Origin: Macrostomum lignano
Lineage: Eukaryota
DNA length: 64,000 nucleotides
Direction of reading: 5' to 3'
Assembly (NCBI GenBank): GCA_002269645.1
Contig: NIVC01000673.1
Coordinates: 62,001-126,000 of the forward strand
This document shows, one piece after another, positions 21,942-40,638 of this stretch. The position numbers were made by a program, and so were the translations under genes. Below the pieces are notes generated by a model that worked only from the letters and a program-made list of their open reading frames with translations, was not told the DNA's origin and did no database searches. Position 1 is the first letter of the stretch; each line of letters opens with the position of its first letter.

Positions 21942-24343
21942 ATGTCCATCGATCAGTTTCAATGCCCTACTAATGAGAATGTGAGCAATACGACTCTGCG
22001 AACCCTTGGTGACAGCGTCCTGTTCGACGAGCTCATGCTGAAGGAACTGGAGGCTAAGCAGCAGCTCGAAAGCCAGTCTGTTGAGTCTGAGCAGCTGCGC
22101 AACGTCGAAATCGAGGCGGCGGCTTCGAGGGTTCTGGCTCTGATCATGGACAGCTCGTTCAAGCGAAAATATGGACAGGACTTTGCCTACCCAAAGTCCA
22201 TCCACTGCTACCTGTTCACGCAGCAGCCGCGCAATCATACCTACGCTTTTGAGGCCTTTGCTGCGGTTGCCACGGTCACACCGAATGCGTTGAAGCGTAA
22301 AAAAGAGGAGATGATCTTTCATCCCATGTTTGAGAATGTTATCGAACGGTATACCAATTCACGAGCTAAGCCAAATCCCGTGCTCATGGAGACTCGAAAC
22401 AGCGAATTCTGCTACCGGCTGTCCATCCTGGTTGAGGCTGTGCCCATCAGTGTTCAGGTGACTTCGGGCTCTCCATTCGTTTTAGAATTTCTACCTTTAA
22501 AAAAGCTTTTTGCGACAGCTACTGCACTCCATTTTCGAGACCGACTATACTCAATTAAGTCAAGACGTTTTTAGAACAGACCAGTCCACCAAAATACTCG
22601 TATTTTTACAACAGACCAGTCCACCAAAATATTTTTACAACAGACCAGTCCATCAAGACGTTTTTAAAACAAACCAGTCAGTCCATCAAGACGTTTTTAG
22701 AACAGACCAGTCCATCAAGATGTTTTTAGAACAAAACCAGTCCATCAAGACGTTTTTAGAACAAACCAGTCCATCAAGATGTTTTTAGAACAAAACCAGT
22801 CCATCAAGACGTTTTTAGAACAAACCAGTCCATCAAGATGTTTTTAGAACAAACCAGTCCATCAAGACGTTTTTACGAGTAGAACAGACCACTCCATCAA
22901 GAGGCTTTTAAACCTACGAGGTACGATTACATTATTAAGACGGTTTTATAGTCGTCAACTCCTATTGAAAAGCTTTCACACTATAATCACATTTAAACCA
23001 GTTGAAACTAATTACATGAAGTATTTACTTAATCACACTAAACACGTTAGTCTGATAAATGCACTCTGATACTCCAACACCCGCATTCCCAGGCGTCTTT
23101 GGGATTCGGCATGTCTAGCCTGCGACTAATTCGCCAATACGAGATCCTCTACTACATCTGGGAGACGTTCCGCCACGATCTCGAGGTCAAGAAGTGCTAT
23201 TCAGACCAGCTAATCGGCATCCCCGTGCCGTTCGAGTTTGTCAACGTGTGCGGCAACGAGTACGACTTCGAATTCTCCGAGCACTCCATCAACTACTACG
23301 ACATCCGGGGCGCCTACGTGCCAGTCAACAGCTCCAGGATACCCGGCGCCGGCAAGGGCAAACCGCTGGGCTCGTTTCTCAGCTACATGTCCATGGAGAA
23401 GCTGGGGCCCAGTCTGGCCTACATGGCCGACTTGTTAAAATCGCAAAGGAAATGGTTTAAAATGTCCACTGCGCTGAAACTGTTGGACCAAATCCTGTGC
23501 AGGCTGATGGTGCTGCACAGGTATGGCATCATCCTGGGCAACCTGGACTTTCGATACCTGAACTTTGGTGTACGCGAGGCCATCAATGTGCTCTACGTCA
23601 GCAGTTTTGATTGCGCCGTTCAGGCGCCGACAACGCAACGACCGTTGAACTATTTCAACGAGCGCTTCGCCTCGATTGGCGCATTGAAAGGAGTGGCGCA
23701 TTTTGTCAATGACATTGAGACGGCTTTCTATCTGTTTCTGGCCATGCTGTCGCACCGGCTGCCCTGGGACCAGAAACCCCCAGTCAGCGAGACGCCGCTG
23801 ACCGACCAGCAGACGCAGCAGCTTCAGCAGCCGCAATTCGACGGCTCCTGGGAAGTCGGCGGCAACACCAGGTATCAATCGACTCTTAGGACGCACCTAG
23901 ACGAGAGGACCAAGCTGTGGGACACCACCAGCTGGATAGACCGCATGCTGAACTCGTACACGCTCAGGAACCAGATGAAATCGCCAGCTCTTGAAGGCTT
24001 CGCTTTCGACATCATCCAAATGGTGTACCAGAAAACCAAGGAGGCCATCAGTTGCGCGTCGATTCCGCAGCAAGACTTCATGACCAACGTCATGACGCCG
24101 TCCACGACGGCAAACAACGCTTACATGGGCATTAGAAAGGTCATCGTGTCCTTCTTCCGTTTCGAAAGTCTCAGCAACAACCTTCGAGATGCCACCTGCC
24201 AGAACAAGGTGGACCAGCTGTTGGCCACTGAGGAGTCCGACGGCAGAGCACTGTGGGACCTGAACAACTGGTGCTGGAATGTGTTTGAGACTTCATTCAT
24301 GAGCAATGCTCGATCTTCAAGACGCAGCATCGTCAAGTTTTGA
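21942..24343 (+). CDS. Casein kinase 1 family-like protein, predicted pseudokinase (about 588 aa)
   Basis: Exons 21942-22457 and 23093-24343 (phase 0). CK1 hallmarks MEKLGPSL, KLLDQILCRLMVLH, RFASIGALKG, NDIETAFY, LPW; catalytic loop reads LGNLDFRY and DFG reads SFD. Start codon tentative. Confidence 0.78.
22560..22905 (+). repeat. About 30-bp intronic minisatellite TTTAGAACAAACCAGTCCATCAAGACGTT
   Basis: Inside the CK1-like intron 22458-23092. Confidence 0.93.
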
Positions 24344-24779
24344 TAATGGAATCGCTTGGAAGTCTTTTACTGCCTCTGAGATGGACGAGTAATGTATATT
24401 CATACTTTCTGGTAGACTGTACCGTTGTTAAAGATAATAACGTACCAACGTACTGTAAATACGTCAGCACAACTTCTGCAGAATTGTCAATTTTTCATGG
24501 TCAGCAATTCGCTGATTGAGGAAGCAACGAACAACAACGGTTCATGTTCGCTTTCCTTTTTAAACTTGTTTTCATACTCTGTATCCGCGTCTGTGTCTAG
24601 TGGTACCCGCACATATAAGCTCGGTTTTGTGCTCGCATTGATTTTTTTAAATAAAGAAAATCAGCGTTATAACGTAAATATAAATACGAAAATAACTACG
24701 TCGACTAAAACACCTGCATACTGGACTCGCGGATAGCGAAAAAGAAGAAGTTAATCCATTTTCTCTTTTTTTATTCAAT

Positions 24780-24821
24780 GCCTACCCTGTCTGTCTGTCT
24801 GTCTGTCTGTCTGCCTGTCTC

Positions 24822-24876
<55 letters not shown>

Positions 24877-24885
24877 GCCTGTCTC

Positions 24886-24916
<31 letters not shown>

Positions 24917-24940
24917 TAGTGTCTGTCTGTCTTAGTGTCA

Positions 24941-25008
<68 letters not shown>

Positions 25009-25080
25009 TAGTGTCTGTCAGTCTGTATGTCTGTATGTCTGTCTGTCTTTCTCTCTCTCTCTGTCTGTCTGTCTGTCTTG
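24780..25080. repeat. (GTCT)n microsatellite
   Basis: Direct reading. Confidence 0.97.
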
Positions 25081-25624
25081 TGTCCAACACTGGGCTTGGA
25101 CAGAGTGATGTCTATGGCCAAAATGCTCCACTTTCGCTTCAGCAAAGAGGAACAAATTAAGCATGACGTGAGTCGAGAGCATCTTGTGCAGTTGCTTGTG
25201 ATGGACTACAGGAAGTCAAAGTCAAATTTATTTATTTTTATACTATAGCTGAGCACACAAGCTCCGACAGCCACCACATAAATCTTAAAATGGACGACAT
25301 CACGTGCACGACGAAGGAGGTCGCACCGAATCACAAGTTGATATTTTTTCACAATGATACAAGGATATTTGGGGACTGGATTTCTCCGCCGAAGCCCAAC
25401 TCCAAGAATGACAATCTGGCAAGTAAGTTGCGGGGAATTCTTTATTGGCCTGTATTTAAGGAGTGTCCGTTTATTGTGTGTTTATCATATGACTTGAGTT
25501 TAAGGAGGGTGTGTTTATTGGTGAGACTTTCATTGAGGGATCGCAATTATGGGCTGTGGCCTGTGCTTGAGACGTTGCGCTTTTTTCGTGTCCACTTCCT
25601 GAAGCGGTGTGTTTATTGAAGCAG

Positions 25625-27398
<1,774 letters not shown>

Positions 27399-27627
27399 AG
27401 GCCCATTGTAGAAAACCTGTCACGTTGATTTTTACTTAAAACTTTAAGTAAATAAAATGTTTTTGGAAAGTCAAAAGGAAGCAGCATGGCCTACTACTTT
27501 CAGTGGGATCTCATCTCGTCTATGTAAATATTTTTACTTAAGAAATATATTATAGAATTATATTTCCTATGACGAGGAATGCTCATCTTGGAGTAGTACG
27601 TATAGCAAGTTAGCTTGATTATCTGAC

Positions 27628-28456
27628 CTGCCATCAATGCTTTGCCACACCTGACATCAATGCTTTGCCACACCTGACATCAATGCTTTGCCACACCTGA
27701 CATCAATGCTTTGCCACACCTGACATCAATGCTTTGCCACACCTGACATCAATTCTTTGCCACACCTGACATCAATGCTTTGCCACACCTGTCATCAATG
27801 CTTTGCCACACCTGACATCAATGCTTTGCCACACCTGACATCAATGCTTTGCCACACCTGACATCAATTCTTTGCCACACCTGACATCAATGCTTTGCCA
27901 CACCTGTCATCAATGCTTTGCCACACCTGACATCAATGCTTTGCCACACCTGACATCAATGCTTTGCCACACCTGACATCAATGCTTTGCCACACCTGAC
28001 ATCAATGCTTTGCCACACCTGACATCAATTCTTTGCCACACCTGACATCAATGCTTTGCCACACCTGACATCAATGCTTTGCCACACCTGACATCAATTC
28101 TTTGCCACACCTGACATCAATGCTTTGCCACACCTGTCATCAATGCTTTGCCACACCTGACATCAATGCTTTGCCACACCTGACATCAATGCTTTGCCAC
28201 ACCTGACATCAATGCTTTGCCACACCTGACATCAATGCTTTGCCACACCTGACATCAATTCTTTGCCACACCTGACATCAGTGCTTTGCCACACCTGACA
28301 TCAATGCTTTGCCACACCTGACATCAGTGCTTTGCCACACCTGACATCAGTGCTTTGCCACACCTGACATCAGTGCTTTGCCACACCTGACATCAGTGCT
28401 TTGCCACACCTGACATCAATGCTTTGCCACACCTGACATCAATGCTTTGCCACACG
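27628..28456 (+). repeat. 23-bp minisatellite CCTGACATCAATGCTTTGCCACA, about 36 copies
   Basis: Highly homogeneous; lies between the orphan gene and the innexin. Confidence 0.97.
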
Positions 28457-28857
28457 CATTTTAGGCACTAAGCATAGAAAGTTAATAAACTATGAAATGC
28501 TATGCAAATATATAGCGAAATAATTCACCGAGTTTTGCTATTCTAGAGCTCTAAAGACAATTAAATAGGTAAAATGCAGACTCGCCTGCCTCGCCACCCT
28601 TTGGAGGCTTCAAGCATAAAGGGTTGGGGTAGATTTCGAACATTTTCTTTGCACACAAGCAGAGCTCCAGTTGTTAAGCACGAAAGAAGAAATGAGGTGG
28701 CGAGTAAGGCAGAGCAAGAAGTCTAGAGCAGTTGAGCAATGTACATTGAGTGCAATGCCACGCATATAAAGCATTCCTCTATACTACTATACTAAAAAAG
28801 GCCTTTTGACAATCATCTTGCATCTTTAGAAGCAAAAAAGCGCCAAACAGGAAACAC

Positions 28858-31800
28858 ATGGACTCGCACTTTCTGCACGAGTTCACTCACGCGGCCGAGT
28901 CGCACGGCGTTTACGCCGAGGACTTCGCCGATCGGCTGTGCTCGAAGTACACCTGCATCGGCCTCTTGTTCCTCGCTAGTGTCGGCGTTATGCGCCAGTA
29001 CGTCTTCAAGCCGATCCAGTGCTGGGTGCCCGCCGAATGGCCTCGGCCTTGGGAAGAGTTCGCCGAGAACTACTGCTGGGTGCAGAACACCTACAGGGTG
29101 GCGTTGCGGGAGCCGAGCTATCCTGAGGCCAGGGAGAGGGGTGGGCTGGAGATTGGTGAGATGTGCTCTGGAGTCTCACAATGACTGCTCATGCCTGATG
29201 AATGTGTCTTAGCAATGACTGCTCATGCCTGATGAATGTGTCTTAGCAATGACTGCTCATGCCTGATGAATGTGTCTTAGCAATGACTGCTCATGCCTGA
29301 TGAATGTGTCTTAGCAATGACTGCTCATGCCTGATGAATGTGTCTTAGCAATGACTGCTCATGCCTGATGAATGTGTCTTAGCAATGGCTGCTCATGCCT
29401 GATGAATGTGTCTTAGCAATGGCTGCTCATGCCTGATGAATGTGTCTTAGCAATGACTGCTCATGCCTGATGAATGTGTCTTAGCAATGACTGCTCATGC
29501 CTGATGATAGTCTTAGCAATGACTGCTCATGTCTGATGATAGTCTTAGCAATGACTGCTCATGTCTGATGAATGTGTCTTAGCAATGACTGCTCATGCCT
29601 GATGAATGTGTCTTAGCAATGGCTGCTCATGTCTGATGAATGTGTCTTAGCAATGACTGCTCATGTCTGATGAATGTGTCTTAGCAATGACTGCTCATGC
29701 CTGATGAATGTGTTTTAGCAATGACTGCTCATGTCTGATGAATGTGTCTTAGCGATGACTGCCGATCATATCTGATGAGTGTTTTTCCACATCGCAGCTT
29801 CTCCATCTCAGTCAACCAGAACCCCATCCGCTCGCACTCAGGCTATTACCAGTGGGTGCCCATCGTGCTGCTGGCGCAGGCCCTGCTGTCCATGGCCCCG
29901 CACCAGCTCTGGCTGTTGGCCTCCCGCCGTCTGGCCGGCTTCGACCCGCACTCGGTGCTCCGCTTTGCCCGAGAAGTTGAGCACGCGGGCAACAAGGACA
30001 CAAGCAAACGGTTGCTCACCTATGCTGCCTGGCACTTGGCCTGGGGCGCGAGGCTTTCCGGCCGAACCTACGACCCGGATGGCGCACTGCTGACTGACGA
30101 CAAGCCGAACAAGCTGCAAGCGGAGCGGCAGCAACAGCAGAAACCACAAGGCCGAAGAAGCTGCTCCGAGGCAGTGAGACAGAGCGGCTGCCTGCTGTTC
30201 ATTCTGTACCTGCTCAACAAACTGGTGTGCGCTGGAACTGCCGCTGGGCAGGTATAAATTAGCTTTCTGTCAACACTTGTATTAGCTGCCCTTTGATGTG
30301 CCGCAGGGAGCTTCTCACAAGCTAGATTCCGTAGACTCCTGACTGAGCACATAGAGGAAAGCTAAGCACGCATTCAGTGCTCTCAGCGCATTAGGATACC
30401 TAACCTCGTCAGGTATCTATCTGTCACCAGACAACTATCACCCTCTGTTATAATTTGATTTGATTGATTTGATTGATTGATTAGCAAACTAGTTGAAGCT
30501 GATACATGTACAGCACAAGGACTACTTAAGCAGAAGCTGGACGGGAGGCCTCGTTTCTTGGAAGTTTTTGGAAGCAGGTTTTTCCGAAAAAAACATTACA
30601 GAGACAGGTTTTCAGCACAAAAATTGCTGTTGCTTTTGATAGGAGGCAGATCCAGTGTTCATCTTTTGATATGTTGTTCCTTTTTATTTCTCAATCGATA
30701 TTTATAAAGCTTTGCGTTTAGAAAATTAGGATTTTATGTTATATTTTCTATGTTCAATTGCACAAACCATTAAATAGGCGCGACTCAGCTTATTGGTTTT
30801 ATAAATCAATTTTATAATTCTTAGCTGACTGTGTAACAATACGCGTAACAGAGATGATAGAATAGATTCATAAAACCAAAGTCGAGCTGTGCCATGAATT
30901 TTTATGATGTTTAGGTACAGGAAATGTACGGAGAATAAAAAATTAACATTATATTCTAGAATCCTAATTTTCTAAACTATAAAAAGCTCTAAAAAACTAA
31001 AAACAGTTGTCTAAACATTGGGTCTGCCTCCTGTCGAAAGCAATTAACAATTTTTGTGCTGAAAAATGAAAGCTTCCATCTCCGTAGTGTGTTTTTTCGG
31101 AAACCTGCCTTCTACAATTTTTCCAGGAAACGAGGTTCCCCTCTTTCTACTTGAGTAGCCCTTGGAACAGCATCGCTCACTACTAATAATAAGCATGGTC
31201 TTATTGTCGAATTCGTCCCGGGCAGGTGTTCCTCCTGCAGAGCTACCTGGGTTTCGCCAGTCCGCTGTTCGGCTGGCAGTGCGCCAGCAACCTGCTCAGG
31301 GGCGGCACCTGGGAGCTGACCGGGGTGTTTCCCAGGCTGACATTCTGCGACCTGCCACTGCGGCATGTTGGTCAGTTCAACCTGCGCTCGGTCCAGTGCG
31401 TCCTGGCGTCCAACATGATGAACGAGAAAATCTTTGTCTTCCTGTGGTTCTGGTTCGCAGTCTGCTGCTTGACCAGCCTGATGTACACCATCAGCTGGAT
31501 GGCGCAGCTGCTGCCACCGACGGAGCGGGCCAGACTGGTTCGCCGCTACCTCAGCCTGCAAGCGAGGCGCGGTCACGGACAACAAAGACCAGAGGCCAAT
31601 GGACGGGAAGATGTCTACAAAGCGTCCAGACAGCTGACTGACTTGCTGCGTCTGGACGGCGTCCTGCTGCTGCAGATGGTGGCCGACAATGTCGACTGTC
31701 TGTGCGCTGCCCAGCTGGTCGGCCGGCTGCGAGACCAGAGAGATCGCACCTTCGACACAAACGACTACTGCTCCGAAGACGATGACCTGCAGCTGCGGCC

Positions 31801-31894
31801 GTTGATCAACGATGGAATCAGCAGCGAAGGATCCTCGGGCGACGGCTTGCGACAAAAAGTGCTGACGACAGAGCTGAAGATATCATCGGTCTGA
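28858..31894 (+). CDS. Innexin gap-junction protein (about 458 aa)
   Basis: Exons 28858-29155, 29842-30251 and 31226-31894 (phases 1, 0). EDFADRL, QYVFKPIQCW, ENYCW, YYQWVP signature, FPRLTFCD, QCVL..N..NEKIFVFLWFWF. Confidence 0.95.
29178..29780 (+). repeat. 34-bp intronic minisatellite CAATGACTGCTCATGCCTGATGAATGTGTCTTAG
   Basis: About 17 copies filling innexin intron 1. Confidence 0.97.
30516..31164. mobile_element. CAAGG-ended MITE, copy 3
   Basis: CAAGGACTACTTAAG...GAGTAGCCCTTG; flanks GTACAGCA/GAACAGCA (7/8); in innexin intron 2. Confidence 0.87.
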
Positions 31895-31971
31895 CAGCTC
31901 GAATGCAGATTGGCTTACCTTGGGTTTTACTCAGTATTCCTCTCTGCTGTCTGCACTGACATCCTTTTGAA

Positions 31972-33862
31972 GCCATCTATAGAATCCCCTCTATAACCAT
32001 CTATAGAATCGCCCCTATAACCATCTATAGAATCGCCCCTATAACCATCTATAGAATCCCCTCTATAACCATCTATAGAATCGCCCCTATAACCATCTAT
32101 AGAATCGCCCCTATAACCATCTATAGAATCGCCTCTATAACTATCTATAGAATCGCCCCTTTAACCATCTATAGAATCGCCCCTATACCCATCTATAGAA
32201 TCGCCCCTATACCCATCTATAGAATCGCCCCTATAACCATCTATTGAAATCCCCCTTTACCCACCTATAGAATCCCCCCTTTACCCACCTATAGAATCCC
32301 CCCTATAACCATCTATAGAATCGCCCCTATAACCATCTATAGAATCGCCTCTATAACTATCTATAGAATCGCCCCTTTAACGATCTATAGAATCGCCCCT
32401 TTAACCATCTATAGAATCGCCCCTATAACCATCTATAGAATCCCCCCTATAACCATCTATAGAATCGCCCCTATAACCATCTATAGAATCCCCCCTATAA
32501 CTATCTATAGAATCGCCCCTATAACCATCTATAGAATCGCCCCTATACCCATCTATAGAATCGCCCCTATACCCATCTATAGAATCGCCCCTATAACCAT
32601 CTATTGAAATCCCCCTTTACCCACCTATAGAATCCCCCCTATAACCACCTATAGAATCCCCCCTATAACCATCTATAGAATCGCCCCTATAACCATCTAT
32701 AGAATCGCCTCTATAACTATCTATAGAATCGCCCCTTTAACCATCTATAGAATCGCCCCTATAACCATCTATAGAATCCCCCCTATAACCATCTATAGAA
32801 TCGCCCCTATAACCATCTATAGAATCCCCCCTATAACTATCTATAGAATCGCCCCTATAACCATCTATAGAATCGCCCCTATAACCATCTATAGAATCGC
32901 CCCTATAACTATCTATAGAATCGCCCCTATAGCCATCTATAGAATCCCCCCTATAACCATCTATAGAATCGCCCCTATAGCCATCTATAGAATCCCCCCT
33001 ATAACCATCTATAGAATCCCCCCTATACCCATCTATAGAATCCCCCTATACCCATCTATAGAATCCCCCTATACCCATCTATAGAATCCCCCCTATAACC
33101 ATCTATAGAATCCCCCCTATAACCATCTATAGAATCCCCCCTATAACCATCTATAGAATCCCCCCTATAACCATCTATAGAATCCCCCCTATAACCATCT
33201 ATAGAATCGCCCCTATAACCATCTATAGAATCCCCCCTATAACTATCTATAGAATCCCCCCTATAACCATCTATAGAATCGCCCCTATAACCATCTATAG
33301 AATCGCCCCTATAACTATCTATAGAATCGCCCCTATAACCATCTATAGAATCCCCCCTATAACCATCTATAGAATCGCCCCTATAACTATCTATAGAATC
33401 GCCCCTATAACCATCTATAGAATCGCCCCTATAGCCATCTATAGAATCCCCCCTATAACCATCTATAGAATCGCCCCTATAACCATCTATAGAATCGCCC
33501 CTATAACTATCTATAGAATCGCCCCTATAACTATCTATAGAATCGCCCCTATAACCATCTATAGAATCCCCCCTATAACCATCTATAGAATCGCCCCTAT
33601 AACTATCTATAGAATCGCCCCTATAACCATCTATAGAATCGCCCCTATGGCCATCTATAGAATCCCCCCTATAACCATCTATAGAATCCCCCCTATAACC
33701 ATCTATAGAATCCCCCCTATACCCATCTATAGAATCCCGCCTATACCTATCTATAGAATCGCCCCTATAACCATCTATAGAATCGCCCCTATAGCCATCT
33801 ATAGAATCGCCCCTATAACCATCTATAGAATCGCCCCTATAGCCATCTATAGAATCGCCCCT
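31972..33862. repeat. 24-bp minisatellite CTATAACCATCTATAGAATCGCCC, about 78 copies
   Basis: Between the convergent 3' ends of innexin and PRPF4B; the GDSIDGYR ORF is an artefact. Confidence 0.97.
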
Positions 33863-34340
33863 TATCAACCCAGAATAAGCCTTATTATTTTTAAGGAACG
33901 AACGACTGCTAAATATTATTTTCTACAAGCAGAGATTTGTTAATTATTTTCGTAACTTTGCATTACTGCACCAGGATTTTGATCTTCAAAAATACTTAAA
34001 AAAGTCGAAACTTCTACAAAAAATGAAGTGGATAAAGCTCAAGACAACCAGGTATTGCATGTACAGTCGGCTCAATAAGCCAATTGAAATGTAGGAAAAT
34101 GTTGGCCTTTTCCGCTTCAAAAAGCCATGTTTAAAATACACGCTATGCCTTGTTTATTATTATTATTATTATTAATATAATCAACTGGTGTACTTTATCA
34201 AATTTTATTTACACTTAAATAGCGCGCGTCAAATGGGATTAATAACAATATTTTGTTTATGCGCAAAGAAATTCATTTTTTTAAAATTGAACTGTTATTT
34301 CTACTCATCAGTAAGTAGTCAGAGCAGCGCACGTCAATCA

Positions 34341-38108
<3,768 letters not shown>

Positions 38109-40041
38109 TCACGAATGCATAGCTGCCACACAGGCTGTGTAGAGGCTGCCGACCAACTGCAACTGCGTTTGGAGAGAGAGAGAGAAAGCAATAATAGCAG
38201 AGATGGAACTTAATAATATGAAGGCTATGGTCAAATTTTCAACTACTTGAGCACAATATTTTTGCCTCTGACATAAAACAAAGACTCAATATATAGATAT
38301 ATATTTGGGCTTTGTGATACTCATACAAGTATAAAGTTATATTATGTCAAAATAAGTTGCTATGCTTCATTAATAAGCATAAACATACATGCGCAACCTC
38401 CAAAATTCAGTCAGCCATGCGACTTAGTGTTAACAAAAATGCAACTTACATGTAAAAGAAACCATAAAGCAAAATTAACACAACATTGGGTAAACAACAG
38501 GAGTAACTATAACTGTCTTATTAAGCCAAAATACCTCATTATCTACTTAGTACTACTTGGGTATTTATTTGGGTGGGCATTTTTGTGACTTACTTTGGTT
38601 GGCCAGATTGGCCAATTTGGCTGACTATTGCGTATGTATGAGCATAAATTTATTAGCCTAGTTTTATAATCACTTAGTTCAATTGTTTACTATATTAAAA
38701 CTCTAGCAAACTACTTTAAAGTGAAGCAGCTTCTTAAACTAAATAAATATGGAAAACCAAATGTCTTCGGGGTTCAATTCTTGATCTCACTTGTAACAAT
38801 TTATGTCTTTAAGCAAGATAACTCTGCATTGTTTCAGTTCACTTAGCTATAAAATGGGTGCTAGCATTAGCTAGGGTAACTAAAGGTATATGGCAACCCA
38901 CCAATCTTTGGACTAAATAGCTATATACAGCCTTCAGATATGCTGTACAATAGCTGCAGCTAAGCTATCAGTTGCATATCTAGCCTAATTTGGGCAGGTG
39001 AAAATCAAAATCAAATATCTTAATTAAAAGACAGTTTTTTCAAGACTCATATAATTAAATATATAGCTTTGGCTATATGACACAATAATATATAATTATT
39101 GTTCTTATATATAAACTTAGTTGATATATATACTTATATAAAAATATATATGTTTGTTATATATATATATATGTTATATCAAACTATATATTATATGTAT
39201 ATTAATATATTAAATAATAATAATATATAATATTAATAATAACAAGAATAATAATATTATTATATATATATAACATATAAATGAATATGTTAAGACAATA
39301 AATAAGATTTGTATAAGAAAAAAGAAACCTTTTGTGTCCTAGAATTATTTTAAATAAAACAAGAGACATTTCAAAATAAAAAAAAACATGTCAACTTAAG
39401 AAATGAATAGTTTAGGCCTAGTTACTTAAGTTAAAGTAAATATTAGTCATTATTAGGGCAAAGGAGCATTTTTCTTAGATTAAGGATTACTTTAACTTAA
39501 TTTTGGCATCTAATTCTAGTAGCACCACCGTAATTTTTTGAGAAGGTAGATTTTGGAGGGTAAAGGCCCAAAGGAAAGTAGAGAGAAAGAGCAACTATTT
39601 TTGGCAAAATTTCATTTGGCTCCCTTTGATTTTTTGGCCTCTGCCTAAGAGGGAGGATAATTGCCTTCCCTTGGTTTCTAGTTCATTCATCTATTGATAG
39701 TTTGCCTACTGTACTGAGTAGACAAAATGTCCTTTTCTTTTAAAAACTCTTTGTCTGCTAGGAAATAGGGCTAGGGTCATAGGGATAAAGAGTTTTAACA
39801 TTGTTAAAGTGCTGCAAGTGTCTTCTATCATTTAAACAAACTATTTTAAAATATATACCTATAATAAGAAAGCTAAAATAGTAATAATAAAACAAAAACA
39901 ATTCAAAATTTGCTAAAAATAAAAAGTATCAATAAGTATAAATAAAAATAAATATCATATAAATATTTATCCTTTACTTGTACACGTTGTAGATAACTAT
40001 CATAATATCAAATAACTTTTTGTGATTTTTTAGGCCTAAGT

Positions 40042-40638
40042 CCATAGTCAGGATAATGTACATTACGCCAGAAATTTCTGGCGTACAATTGAAAATTTTA
40101 CTTTTTTTGGCATAGAATTGGCATAAAAAATTAGGCAAAATATATTTGGCGTACCTTTTGGTATAACACTGTGGCGTAAATATGCCAAGCAGTGTATGCC
40201 AACTCCAACCTTCATGCCAAAGTTAATATTAACAATTGTTGGCATAACGCCGTAACCTTAGAATCTTATTATAAAATCATAAAAACTATAAAACTCGAAA
40301 ATGAAAGTTCATAATTATTTATGATTTAATAAAAATTTAAAATGCAATGCAAACTAATCATGTAATTTTATAAAAAAAACTTAAACAAAAAATTGATTTT
40401 TATTGGCATTATTTGTAAGCCAATTTACTTTAAATGAAAACCACACATTTGTTAAATAATTATAATTACAAAGTAGGCAAAAATGTGTAACATACAAAAA
40501 AGGTCATTTATTGTCGCAAAGCCTAGAAAACCTGGCATAAGTTCCTAGCACCTTGGCATATATTTCAGTATGAAGTGGCATAGATTTTTTAGGGGACTTT
40601 TTATTCCGACATATACTATGACATGATCCTGACTATGG
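40042..40638. mobile_element. MITE with CCATAGTCAGGA termini, second subfamily
   Basis: TIR CCATAGTCAGGAT; exact 8-bp TSD GCCTAAGT (40034-40041, 40639-40646); subterminal GGCATA/TACGCC motifs. Confidence 0.92.

Noticed and set aside
27628-28456. CRISPR-like appearance of 23-34-bp direct repeats
   Set aside because: Units are contiguous with no unique spacers, there are no cas genes, and the context is eukaryotic.
29178-29780. CTGATGA in each 34-bp unit suggested tandem hammerhead ribozymes
   Set aside because: No GAAA core or stem II/III in the unit on either strand.
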